Assembly (NCBI GenBank): GCA_027604505.1
Contig: JADIIX010000080.1
Span: 1-64,000 of the forward strand
Origin: Gonapodya sp. JEL0774
Lineage: Eukaryota
Length of the DNA stretch: 64,000 nt
Reading direction: 5' to 3'
Numbering within the stretch: position 1 is the stretch's first letter; every line of letters begins with the position of its first letter. The notes under the pieces were generated by a model that saw only the letters and a list, made by a program, of their open reading frames with translations, ran no database searches and had not been told where the DNA came from. Positions 12,001-24,226 of this stretch are shown piece by piece. A program made the position numbers and the translations under genes.

Positions 12001-15000
12001 GGGCGTGGTATGAAGGGCTGTGGGAGAGGGCGGCGAGGGAGGTTGGAGGGGGCGGTGATGGTCACGGGGGATACAGGTTGGGGGGGGTGGATGAGAAGTC
12101 AGACAAGGACTGGGCCAAGATGAGAACGTGGCTGTTGAGGTTAAGACAAGCATGCTGTAAGTTTTACGAACGAGGCATGTCTTTTGCCGGGTTTGTCTGT
12201 TCGGGACTCTTTCGTATTTTTGTTTCCACAGGCCATCCCCAGGTGGGTGATTCCAATCGCCGGGATCTCGGTGGAGGGGGCGTCAAGAGCATGTTCGAAG
12301 TACTGGAGCACATGTATAGGACTGCCACGGCGAATGTGCACACACTCGATAGGCAGTGTGTTGCCGTGGTAGTGAGGAGGGCACAAGCATGGGAGAAGGG
12401 ATGGGAAAAGGATGGAGGATGCGATAAGAGTGTGGAAGCGTACAAAAAGGTGGGTGGGTCACTGTGGAGGACGGTTTGTTCGTGGGTTTGCTGTTGGTGG
12501 TGATCGTACAACACGATTCCGTTGGGTTTGGCAGCTTTTGCCGGCGGTGCAAGCTCGCGTCCACGAATCTCGAAGAGAGATTGCTGACCTAGAGAAACGG
12601 AAAGCGGCGCAAGTCAGGGACCAAAAGAATGGTCCGCACCAACAACCACGAGCTAACCTATCGTCTCCGGTTGCTGCAGTCATGGCCGCAGACATCGATC
12701 GCACCGATGAAGAAGAGAGTGGGGATGAGGTTGACAACGAGTTAGTTATACCTGGTGGTCATGGAATACGCACGTCCGGCACTTCTAACTCGCGAAAACG
12801 CCGAGGTTTGGGCAAGAATCTGCCAGGGACGGCAACGACGGTTCTTTTTGACAAAGCGCTGGACCCAAATGAAGATCATCTTGCTCAGTTAAAAATGAGA
12901 TTGCAACACTGGCTTGAGGCGCTTCACCGATGTCAATTTTTCTTGGCGAGTGCGTACGTGACGATGGGCGACGTTGCGAAGGAGGAAGAATGGTACGAGA
13001 AGGCACAGGAGACGAGGAACTTGATGTTAAAAGATAAGATGGCGAGGGTAGAGAAGTGGAGGAAGAAAATTGCTCGGGCAATTGAAAGGAGAAAAAAGGG
13101 AGAGGCTGATGAGCACGATAAAGACGGAGCCGCTATCTTGATTGGAAATGGAAACATTGTACAAGAACTTGATCTGGGTATTCGGCCTATCCAGGTGCCG
13201 AGTTACCTGGCCCAAAACCGCACAATTACCGGTGCAAACACAACAATAGGGATTTTGAACGCGCAGTGGGATTTGATTCGGGGTTGGCGAGACCGAATAT
13301 TGAGGATCCTTACGGCGGATCTTGAAGTCCGGAACTACGATGGAGACTATCGAACACTGGTTGACACTATCGGGAGAGTGGATTTGACTGTCGAACCAGG
13401 GAAGAGGGCGCCAAAAGCGAAGGATGTGCATGTGTACGCCCCAGCGTTTGCAACGTTTGCGCAAAATAAGGATTCGGGTTCGGGTTCGGATGCTGGGACA
13501 CCAAAGCCTGAGGAAAGGCAGACTGCGCACGCGGTGACGAAGACTGGTTTGCAGATTGGAGAAAACTTTTCACCCGGCTTATCGGGAGTGCTCGCCACGG
13601 CTAATGGGGAACCAGTCGAACAACAATCTGATCCAAGTCCCGCGAGTGAAGAGCTGTCTGCTTCTGTCCCAGCAGTCATGGCGCCGACCGCGGCGGACGA
13701 AAAGCCCACAGGAAACGAGTACGATGCGGGATTGGCTTTGCAGGAAGAATGCTTTGTGTATCAGGTAAGACTTTGAACGCACAACATTGAAATGAAGATA
13801 CCGGAACTGATGGGACCTTGCGTTACTGTTGCTGGCGGACAGAACACCTACCTTCAAAGCTTTCCCGAACGCCGTATTCTCCTGACTGGTCTCAGTTTAG
13901 TTCGGCAGCGCTTTGCAGAGCCCAACAATGACCTCGGCCGTGACCTCCGTGAGGCACTCTGGAAACTTCGCTGCTCGAAGCCCAGGGAAGAATCCATGGC
14001 TGCCGCGCTCCAAGCTTTGAAAGTCACCATTGAGAAATCCAATTTTCTGAATGAAACGGATCAAGATGTTTTGCGCGAGGAAGTGGAAAGGCTTAAGACC
14101 GACTGCGACAAACAACTCAAGGCTGTGGAGTGGCTTGAGAAGTGAGTCCCGATGACTTTTTGGATCGGCTCGACCGTTCTACTGAGGAAATATTGTTAGA
14201 GAATCCGTGTCCTTCACTCAGCTTGCCAACAGCCGTGTGGAATACTACAGACACCTCCAAAGTATCTCAGATTCAGTCGATGCGTTGGTGTTGCCAGACC
14301 GATGTCTTGGTGACGACGAAGCTCTTCGAATTGAGTGTGAAAAACTGGTTCAGCGAACTTACGAGGATGAAGCAGATTTGAGAAAGAAAATTGCCCAGGC
14401 GGAAGGAAAACTTCGGTATCTTGCGACACTGTTGCAGGAAGAAGGGATCACTGTCAACGCTGGATCGGGTTCAATTCAGGCAAGGATCAGTTCGAGTGGT
14501 GAGGTGATGGGGATAGAATCAGAGGCGCTGTTAGAACAGAACAGTGCGGAATCTCAATCCACTCCGATTGGAGCTCGAAGAACATGCGGAATTTGTCGTG
14601 AAGAGGGATTTGCGGTTGGAGGCGTGACTGAATGTGGACATGTATTTGTGAGTCCAGATGAGACGGGTGCATTGTTGGAGTTCCCAACTTAAGAGATTTC
14701 TGATCCCCCTATGCCGCTGCTCGCAGTGTTACGAATGCATTTATTTGGTGAGATACAAACGGACGTTTTGACTGGTATTGGGATTGAAAGTTTTGTCTGC
14801 TCAGTGGCTGAGACGATCACCTCGATGTCCTGCCTGCAATCTCAATATCTCCGCAAGCACCTTGATGAAAGTGCACTTCGGAACAGACTCAAAGCCTACA
14901 CCGTCTTCCTCGCCCGGAGCTTCCAAGGCTGCACATGAGTTGTTCTCCGGCTTATCAAAGACTGAAGTGCATGGAGACGACCCTTTGCTGCCGTTAGATC

Positions 15001-15818
15001 GAATGGCGGCACTGCGCATCAATGGGTCTTTCGGCGCCAAGTTGGATCATCTTGTGAAGCACCTGTTGTGCTTACCCCAGGCAGACAAGTGTCTGGTGAG
15101 GATCTATTGGTGGAGGACTCGAGTACTCCTGGATCTTCGATTGCTTCGTCCCTTTATTGCAGATTTTCTCCCAGTGGGATGAGGTCCTCTCCATTCTGAC
15201 GGTGGCATTAACCCACAACGAAATCAAATTCGTCCGGATCGATGGCAGTAGAAAGAACAAGCTCGACGCCATCACCAAGTTTCGAGAGGACCCCCAGATC
15301 AAGTGCTTCATGTTGCACGCACGGAGTCAGAGTAGTGGGTTGACGCTTGTTCAAGCAAGGCACGTGTTTCTTGTGGAACCCGTCATCGACCCTGGCTTGG
15401 AACTGCAAGGTGTGTGTGTGGACTCTTTCTTTCGTTTGTAAAACCAAAATTGTTCCATTTCGTTTCTGTCACTAAACCCAATGCTCTAGCCGTGAACCGT
15501 GTTCACCGCTACGGACAAAAACAAGAAACCTACGTATGGCGCTACATTGTTGCCGGCACTGTCGAAGAGCGCGTGTACGCAATTCACGCAGAACGATTGA
15601 AAGCTTTACGACACGGACACTCAGACATCGGTCATTCGCAAGATGCCGTTGGGGGTGGGAGCACAGACGATCCAGCGGATTTGGATGCTATGGAAGCGGA
15701 AGGTGTTGTTGAAGAGGCGTATGGTAACGTGCGACAGAGGGCGTTGGCGGGCAAGAAAGAAGGTGGTGGTGGAGAGTGGGTTGCTGACGAGGACTTGGCA
15801 CACATCTTCTTTGAGTAG
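9094..15818 (+). CDS. IRC20: SNF2-family helicase / RING E3 ubiquitin ligase (SHPRH/Irc20 type), multi-exon
   Basis: LMPYQQRELRWM; GGVVASE|MGLGKT; TLVVCPPTLAAQWLSEI; WWRVVLDEAQ; AVSGTP; LRLRQACC; C3HC4 RING CGIC..CGHVF|CYEC..|CPAC; HelicC IFSQW..GLTLVQARHVFLVEP..Q|AVNRVHRYGQ. Confidence 0.9.
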
Positions 15819-16011
15819 TATTTGAATGTCTGCAACTATGAACATAACCATTGATGTTCCTAGCATTCTAGAATGTATTCTAATCAATTGAATTAGGAGC
15901 TCAAGCAAACGGTAATGTGGAGATCCGAAGTCCAATCCAAAGTGACAACTACGTCCAAAAGCACACTTCAATCCACAACATGTCCAATAGCATGCCATGT
16001 CTATTGAGATT

Positions 16012-18991
16012 TCAAATCTTCTCCAACGCTTGCGCGAGCTTTCCCGCTCCTTCCTTTCCAATAGCCTGGGCCATCCGTTCCCGCATCTCCTCGTCACTTG
16101 GTTCGACTGACGATGCTGAGGCATTGTAGATGGCGTCTAAGTACACCTAAAACCAATTACAAATTCAGTTTCACAGAGCTTGCCGTACTTGTTTCACCCC
16201 TTGCAGAACCCACCTTCGCGATCTCCCCCGCTACGGCAGATTCCACTACACTGCCTTCGCCGTACACCGCGGTCATTTCCTTATTCCTCACTTCCCCGCG
16301 GGCCTTAGCCGCCAGTCCCCTTTCTCTTGCCCACTCCACCGCCTCTCGCGTATCTGCAAGCAACTGGTCGACCGCCCGTGGTGTGATGAGCGTGACGGCG
16401 AAGTGGAGAGCAGGCGGCAGTTGGAGAGATGAGAGATGCCTAGAAGGGTGTGCATGGTGAGGCGAGGCTCTGTGGTCGAACGGGTTGGGACTTTCCAACG
16501 CACCAGTCCCTTTTCGACATAAACAATCCAACATCCCCAATATCCACCAAAGGATCCGCACTCTGCCATGCCACTACACAAGCGATGGGGTTACCCATGA
16601 CTCTAACTCCCGGTATGGCGTTTATGCTACAGAAAGAAAATGAATTTCAAACACCATCCAATCACGAAAGACGTACGGGCCACCAAAAGAAACTCTCGCA
16701 CTCACCCCTCTGCAATCCTCTTCTGGGTGGCTACAATCTGCTTCGTCGAGGCAATATAACCATCTTCGCCGTATTTCACGAGCGCAGCCCAACAGCCAGC
16801 GATGAGCGATCCTGGTCTCGATCCTGCGACGCCGCTAGAAATCGATGGCGGGGTACAAAGCAATCAATCCATTGCCTACTCTCAAAGAAAAGCCGAGTTT
16901 TTACTCACTGACTGGCATACAGCCCTCCGGGCCATCCCGTCTCAATTGAGTACTGGTATCGTCGAAGCTCCGGGGTACGGTACAAGATGGTGGACGTTCC
17001 CTTGGGAGCGAATGCGTACTTGTGTGTATCGCAGGATATACCTATCAGAAAACAAAACAGATGGTCCAGTGATGTTCAGTCCATGCCGCGACCCCTCACC
17101 CAAACTCACTCGTGACACCTTCCACCTCAAACCCGCCTCCCCAACCCACACTCCCCTTCCATTCCAAATCCTTCTTCAAACTCTCCCCCAAACCCGCCTT
17201 CTCCATGAAGGCGACCACGAACCCGCCCAGACACGCGTCGACATGTAAGCCAACACCGTACTTTTGAGCCAAGCGGCCGAGCGCAGGGATAGGATCCATG
17301 ATTCCGTGGGGATAGTTGGGGAGAGAGCCGAAGAGCTACGCGATGCAAGCGATAGATGTGATTTGTAAAGACTCCACTATCGGCATGAAGTACCTCACTT
17401 AATTGGAGGTGAACTCACCGCCACAGTGTTCCCATCTATGGCCCTCTCCACGGCCTTCAAGTCGACTTTATATGTCACCAAATCGAGCTGCACTTTGCGG
17501 AGCTGAATGCCGAAGAATTGAGAGGCCTGTACATCGCCACAAAGAAGGCCGTCAGCGCCCCTCAAAGAAACGAGAAACGAACAGCGCGTGCACGAAGAAC
17601 AGCAAAGGAAACGGCTCCACCACGCGCCTCACCAAATGATCACCCACCTTGTCTACCGCCGCGTGGGCCGTGCACGGAACAACAACGTTTGGTCTGCGTA
17701 TCCCCTTCACGTCGCGTCCCCAATCTCTGTAGGCCTTGAACGCCATCAAGAGCGATTCGGATCCACCGCTGGTGACAAGACCGCAGGCTGTCGGTGGAGG
17801 ATTGACTGGGTAATGCGGGGAACGGGCGTTTCTTTAGGGGAGGAAGAGACAACGAAGGAGTGACGATATTTTACGCACAGAGGTTGAGCACCATGGAGAC
17901 GATTTCTGCTTCCATGGATCGAGTGGATTCGAAGAGGGTTGGGTGGAGGGCCTTTGCAAGGTAGACGAAGCGCGTGAGGTGTGAAAACTGCGATCTACGA
18001 GTGATTGCGAAACTCCATGCAGAGCGCCCACTTTACGCTTACATTCGCCGTGATAAACATCTTGACCGCCTCTGCAGCGACTTCCTTGACCTCTCCCTCT
18101 CCGCTATAAACAGCCCCTGACACTTTGCCTTCGTTAACCTCGTGCGCATCACGCTTCTTGTAGTTTTTCAACTCGTTCAGAACCTGGTCCGTTGTCAAGC
18201 CCGACGCGGGAAGGTGGGTGTAGTGCATGAGCGACGTGTCGTAGGCCGAGGGAGAAATGCGCTTGGAGACGCGAGATGATGCGGCAAGCACAGCGGATTG
18301 GAGGGGGTTGGGTTGTTTGAAAAGGCGGAGGAGGGATGTGGCGAGGGCCTTGGGGAGAGAGAAGGGGGAGAGGGAGCGACATTGATGAAGAACGGGCAAT
18401 AGAATGACGAAGAGCAATCACTCAAGATGGGAAGGCAACAGAGTACCCGAGCGGGGCGGTGAACAATTTGCTGACTTCCATTGCTTCGCACTCCCGCTGC
18501 CAAATTTCCGGATGACATCACTCCCAGTCCCAAGTTCCCAGCGGCACACTCACCAAGGGTGCATTCTTGGCGACATAGTATGCGGCTCTCCACAGTCCAC
18601 CGTGAGTTCGTATAAATTCGACGGACAGAGATGAGGAGGTGTAGATGAAGAACTGTAGGAACGAAGAATGCGAAGTTGAGAAAACGCATGGAATATTCCG
18701 CGTTAAGATGTTGCCCGATTATCACTGAGCTCGAGCAAGGAGGTTCCGGTTTCCAATGATACATAAACTTGATCCACACAAAGGATCATTGCGCTCATCC
18801 AAATCACAACCTCATCGAGACTTCGAAACACCCAAATTGCTGATTGCTCTGCAGCTCAACCAAAAACGCACCACAAAAACGATATTTTTTGCCAGGGTGA
18901 TTGACGGCGAAGAGTTGAATTTTGTGAGAGATGAGGAGAGGATTTGGAGGACATTCCGGAGCGATGAGGACGATGGGAAAATGGAAGACAT
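16012..18991 (-). CDS. DPL1: Sphingosine-1-phosphate lyase (PLP-dependent), multi-exon
   Basis: N-terminal [12 protein letters not shown] anchor; [66 protein letters not shown]; catalytic [30 protein letters not shown]. Confidence 0.92.
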
Positions 18992-19278
18992 GGCGATGGA
19001 AGATGTGTCGTGCAGTTGTGTAGCGAGCAGAGTTGAAACGGAACAGTGATGGCGTCACTGCACTGGAAGGAGAAGCCGGTTTCCGCTTGAGTTTGACTGA
19101 GCCGTTCAAGGACCGGCGAGTACACAAAGCGTCGCCAGAAATGTGCGGTATCGAGAGAATCAGAAGTTGGATCCAACAGTTCCTTCTTTATGTACAAAAC
19201 TTGGAAAGATCGCAGATCGCTTCGGTCCGGGGATTCGGTTGGTCGGTTCTCAAGTTCTGCCGGGTCCTGATCTGTCCT

Positions 19279-21020
19279 ATGATCCGACCCGATGACAGAG
19301 CAAGCAAACTACAGTATGAAATAATTATTCTGTCCTTTTCCCTTTAGTTCTCTTTGGATGCTGGCAACAAACGCCAGTCCAACTATTCTAAAAGTTATCC
19401 TCTTCTTCGGCGCTGTGCGCGAGATTGTTTTCAATGGAATGCATTCGCCCTCCTTCAGTTCGAAATCACGACTTCAAGATGGATGGCGGATGACGAATAT
19501 CGGCTTCCAATTTTCGGGCCTGGAACAGTCGGCCAGACTCGCGAGCTAACTGATGAAGTAATGAATGTGTGTTGTTGTCCTCTTCCGTTGCCTGACACCT
19601 GCCTTGCTCTCGCAGTGATCTGCGAATGCTCTCAGTCTACTATTCAAAAGCACCAGACTGCCTTTTTAAGAGCCAAACCACGGTAATCAAATTGCACCCG
19701 GTGATCATTGAATCTCTTTGGGGACAGTGGCTAGTCCGTCGATGGGGACAGTGTTGGGCAACAATGCCCCAGAGATCGACCCGGCTCTTGATTTGCAGGT
19801 CTATGTGAACTCGATCATACTCGCGAGGTAGATATTCCCCGCCATATATTTTAGGAAATTTCCTCCTTGTTTATCCATGTCACAGCTTCACAGCCCAATG
19901 TGTCGTCGTGGCAACCTTTTTACAAGACATTCGCCGTTTCCCAATCAACCTCCGCATTCTGGGACTCATTTCCTTATCTTGCTCCTTACTTTGTGCTCTT
20001 TGCGCCTTTGTTTCCAACATTTACCAATGTGAACCGGCCATGCAGTCAGTAGTACCGCTGTTCTATGTTGATCCTCACCATAAGGTTACCTCACCATAAG
20101 TGAACCTGTACGGTTTCCGCTAGAATCGGATGCCACGTGTCCTTTTTGGGCACATTGTGTGAATGTCTCACGTACGGTCTGCGTATTTGGGCCCTTTCAA
20201 ACCGGAATCGGAGAGTCGGGATGGCACTGGCCGTAGGCGTGTGTGTTAGCGCGGGAGCAGCACAAGGGTCTGCATCAATAGTCATTGCTGTTTCATCGAC
20301 GTGGCGTGTAACATTGCCCAACGTTCTGTTCTCTCATTTCTCAGCTACTGCGCGTCAGTTTCTGTATACCGTGCCCTGCCCCTGCTCTGCGCTGTGCCGC
20401 GAGAGCCCCTGATCCAGCTCCTTCAGAGTATCAATGGAATAAGTACAGCCATCGTACTGGTTGCGTTCATCGCTCTTCATTTTTTCTACATCCGCAACCA
20501 CTCACTCGCGATTGCCGCTACGATTGCTCTGACCCCAATTGGAAACAGCCCCCAGAACGAGGAGCCTCTGAAAAAACTAGTTGCAACCATCAAGTTATTC
20601 GCAACAAGCACGGTGGTCATGGCCATTGATGCAAGCCGGATGTTGATTGTCGGAACTGTAGGTTAATTCATTTACCGCAGAGTCTTCAACAAAAGTTCAA
20701 CGATTCATGTTGCCTTCCGGCTTCCATTGCCCACAAAGTTGGACGTCAGCCCAACCACCTTCTTTATTTTTGTTTTTGGATTCCAAATTTTGCACGACGT
20801 GGTGTTTTGCATTTACATGAAGTCTTTTGCGAATGAAATCCGCGAGTCCGAGAAACTGGCTCGTCTCTCCAGAGGCCAGCTTGCGAACTCTGTAATGAAG
20901 GGCGAGGTGTCTCTGGCAGGACACAAGTCCCACCAGTCGTCTGTCGATTCAGCACGCCCTTCGGTAGTGCGTTCTGCGAGTGTCCGGGCGGGAGTGATGA
21001 ATGGAGACCCTGCAGTTTGA
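19279..21020 (+). CDS. Orphan multi-pass membrane protein (GPCR-like topology possible); start uncertain
   Basis: Series of GT-AG exons encoding hydrophobic helices (LGLISLSCSLLCALCAFVS; YGLRIWALS; TAIVLVAFIALHFFYI; FFIFVFGFQILHDVVFCIY) and a Ser-rich tail. Confidence 0.55.
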
Positions 21021-21456
21021 TATCGACATTTTGAACAGTATTGGCGTCATTTGTCGTGACACCCACGTGCGTTTGATGGCATGAGACACAATAGCGACAT
21101 TGAATGCGATTTCAGAACCCAGATCTTGGTGTTTATTTCATAACAATATAGGGATATAAACACGAAGTTGGTGATTCTTCTGGAATGGGTACGGGAGCAA
21201 ACTCCTCCTTCCCATCGGGTCCAAAGGAAGAAGGGGCTAGCCATCGTCCAAACAATTACATAAATATAAGTAAGTTAGTTGAATTGATTTACATAATTGC
21301 ACGCAGGCAAAGCGGAGGTTCATTGGAGGCAATATGAGTCACCACCTGCGCCACCTTCATGGAGAGGCTCCCTGTCTTTTATTCAATTCATTCGACGATT
21401 CCGCCCGCACAAACAGCTCGAACTTCAGCACCAACTCGGAATTCAAATCAGCTGCC

Positions 21457-23101
21457 ATGCTCGTGTCGCTTTCGCACTCCGTCTCCTCTCTCTTCGCCCC
21501 CGCGCTCGCCCGTGCGGCCCTCCCCGCGTTGGCATCTTCCGCTTCAAACGTCGCCATTTCTCGAACCCATTCCGCTCCCGCCACTCGCCAGGTCACCAGA
21601 CGTGCTTACAACTCCGCATCACTCTCGGAAACCATCGAGGATCTTCTCATCGCTGATCACAGGTGTGTGCCGCCAAATCCGTTTGGTTCGATCCGAACAC
21701 CCGTAAGATTTGAATTTATTTGCTCATCGGAACAGGAACTTCGCAGACCTCATGAGACGGTACAATCTCACCAATGAAAAGGCCGAAAAGAAGGTGTGTA
21801 GCTTTCCTCCGCTTTTTGATCCCTGACCTGACCATCGTCCTCCCTTACCTCGACGCTCCCCACCCTTGTTTTACATTACCTTACCCCTCTGCAATTTTCC
21901 ATTTTTTTGCTTTGTTTTGCCACACACAAACTCCAACCCACTCCAATGGGCCTCCTCTCCGAATCGCGCTCCTTGCAAACAACACTCTCACACCTAGGCC
22001 GCCCTGGCGGAGCTCATCCGCCAAGTCGCGGTCCACTCCGTCGGCGAGGAGAAGATCCTTTACCCGGTGAGTCATAGTCAAAGAACGTGAACCGGGAAGC
22101 TTGAACTCTCGGAGCTACCTGGACGAGCTGCTGTTGGAAGGATATTAATATGGCACGGATGACAGAAGTCCACACGAGAGGCGCGAGGGTTGCCCAATTA
22201 AGAATGCACACCATTGACGAGAAACGATGGAGGACTGGGACGGGAACAGCCCAACATGTAATCCATCTTCGTATGCCCGGGAATCTCACATCTGTCCAAT
22301 CGCCGTTCTACTTGCACATATTGCCCATTTCCACATAATTCTTTCACTCTCACAACAAGATCCTGGAAAAAATAGCTATCAAGGGCGATGCCAAAGCCGT
22401 TATTGCGCGCGAACGTCTTGAGCACAAACAGGTTCGGGACATGCTCTACGACCTCTTGGACCGGAATCTCGCGGTAGGCGAGAGTGATTTTGAGAAGGAC
22501 GTGGAGGGCATGTACAAGTACTTGGCAGCACACTGTGAGTAACGGTAGTGAGTTGGGCTCCAGAAAAGGTGATGCTAGTATGAAATCTTCAAAGTTGGAC
22601 TTGTGTGCGATCAGGTGCAAACGGAGAGTGAGGAATATGGTACACGAAGCAGAACACAAACTGGACAAACCATTACGATTGGGATAGGCATTTTTCGGGC
22701 ATTTTTCAGGTTATAACCCGTTCTTCTCAAGCTCACATTCACTCCCCTTCCTGACCCAATGCGCCCTTATGATACCGCACGCAGGCGCCGGCGAGGAAGT
22801 TTCTGACTGTGCTGAGATGGCTCGCTTCTTCCCCGAGTCGGCTCGTCGAGAGTTCGGATCCAGGTTCACGGCTGTAAAGAAGTTGGCGGAGGAGCAGGTG
22901 GCGGAGGGTGGGTTGGATTTCAGTTCTGTGCGAGTTTGTTGCCCACAACTAACAGCGCAAACTGGATGTCGATTACACCTCCACGGTTAATTTCCTCTTC
23001 CGAATCCGCACCGCACCCTGCTCCGAAACACAACAGAGATCCTCGACATGGAGTCCAAAATCAATGTGAGCACGAGAGTGGACGCTACGATGGACCATTG
23101 A
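21457..23101 (+). CDS. Hemerythrin/HHE cation-binding domain protein with mitochondrial-like presequence
   Basis: Arg/Ser/Ala-rich acid-free N-terminus; LLIADHR; VAVHSVGEEKILYP; ERLEHKQVRDML; YLAAHCAGEE. Confidence 0.8.
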
Positions 23102-24226
23102 GAACAGTCAACTCACTTGTCTTCTGTCATATTCCTTATTCGCTCAGTTGTGATTACCCTGTCGTTGAAGAAAAACAACACTTCCCTTTGCCATGTTTCT
23201 CAACTCCGGCTTTCTTCCATACTTCGCTTGCACTATTCCGCGTCGGAAACCTTTGCCTTTATTCTCCCCTGGACCTCCGTATCGTGTTCTCCACCTCCAC
23301 GATCGGCCCAATAATTGTGGTATCCAGTGAAGTGTAGTCCTTAGAACAACAGAATGCTGTTTCATAGAAATTTGTGGTGGGTGGGAGGGTTGTTGGTAGA
23401 ACCATCACCAATACTATTCATTGATTTGCGCTGCGGGGACCAACACCCGGCAGGTGCCGTGGCAGGTTTGGGTGCCAGAAATCTGGAGGTTGTAACAGAT
23501 CTGACAAGCATCATCAAGTTTGGGTGTTCGAGATGGTTACAAATTTCATCATGCTTCATCGAGTCATAAGAATTGTTTCCTATCACCAAGGGTCTTTGGA
23601 AAGATGAGAAGAAAAGCTCAGATAGTTGTCGCCCCGAACTGACGTTGAGCTTCATATCGTGCTCTGCATATCCGACCCTCACCATTCCCGGTTCTAGTGG
23701 AGATTTTAAATTGAGAAGAAATCTCGGAGATGAAACAATTGTTAAACGATGATTGTGCGAGCCTGGAACAACGCAAAAGTCGCGCTCAGATGTTCCCTCT
23801 GGCTGAGAGCTCATCCTAACCAACAGGTGGCACTTTACATGCAATATTGACTTGTGAGGGCAAACCTGTTCTGAGCTCCTTTTCGAAATACTTGATCGCG
23901 GAACCAATTCTTTCCACAAGCTCGCTATTAATTTCGCCGTGCTCGTCTAAGCCAATCTGGCCTTTCACTAGTGGCAGCAATCCATTGCAGCAGAGGGGGC
24001 AGCAGCGCTCCTGGTGGTAACGCAAATCTTGCCTGGACGAGAGTGGAAAGTAGATTACGGCAACGAAAGGAGCAATCGTTTTGACTCTGTGTGAGAAGAA
24101 CAAGCTCTTTGGTTTGGTTGATTCAATTCTGATGGTGCCGCCGATAAATTCGCTCGCCCATTTTTGAACTCTCCACGATTCAATCGACTCACATGGCCGG
24201 GAAAATGAAATCACAGTTTGTGAATT

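Noticed and set aside
18330..18991. S1P lyase appearing to lack its N-terminal membrane anchor
   Set aside because: Two upstream exons ([25 protein letters not shown]) splice in-frame and supply the normal anchor.
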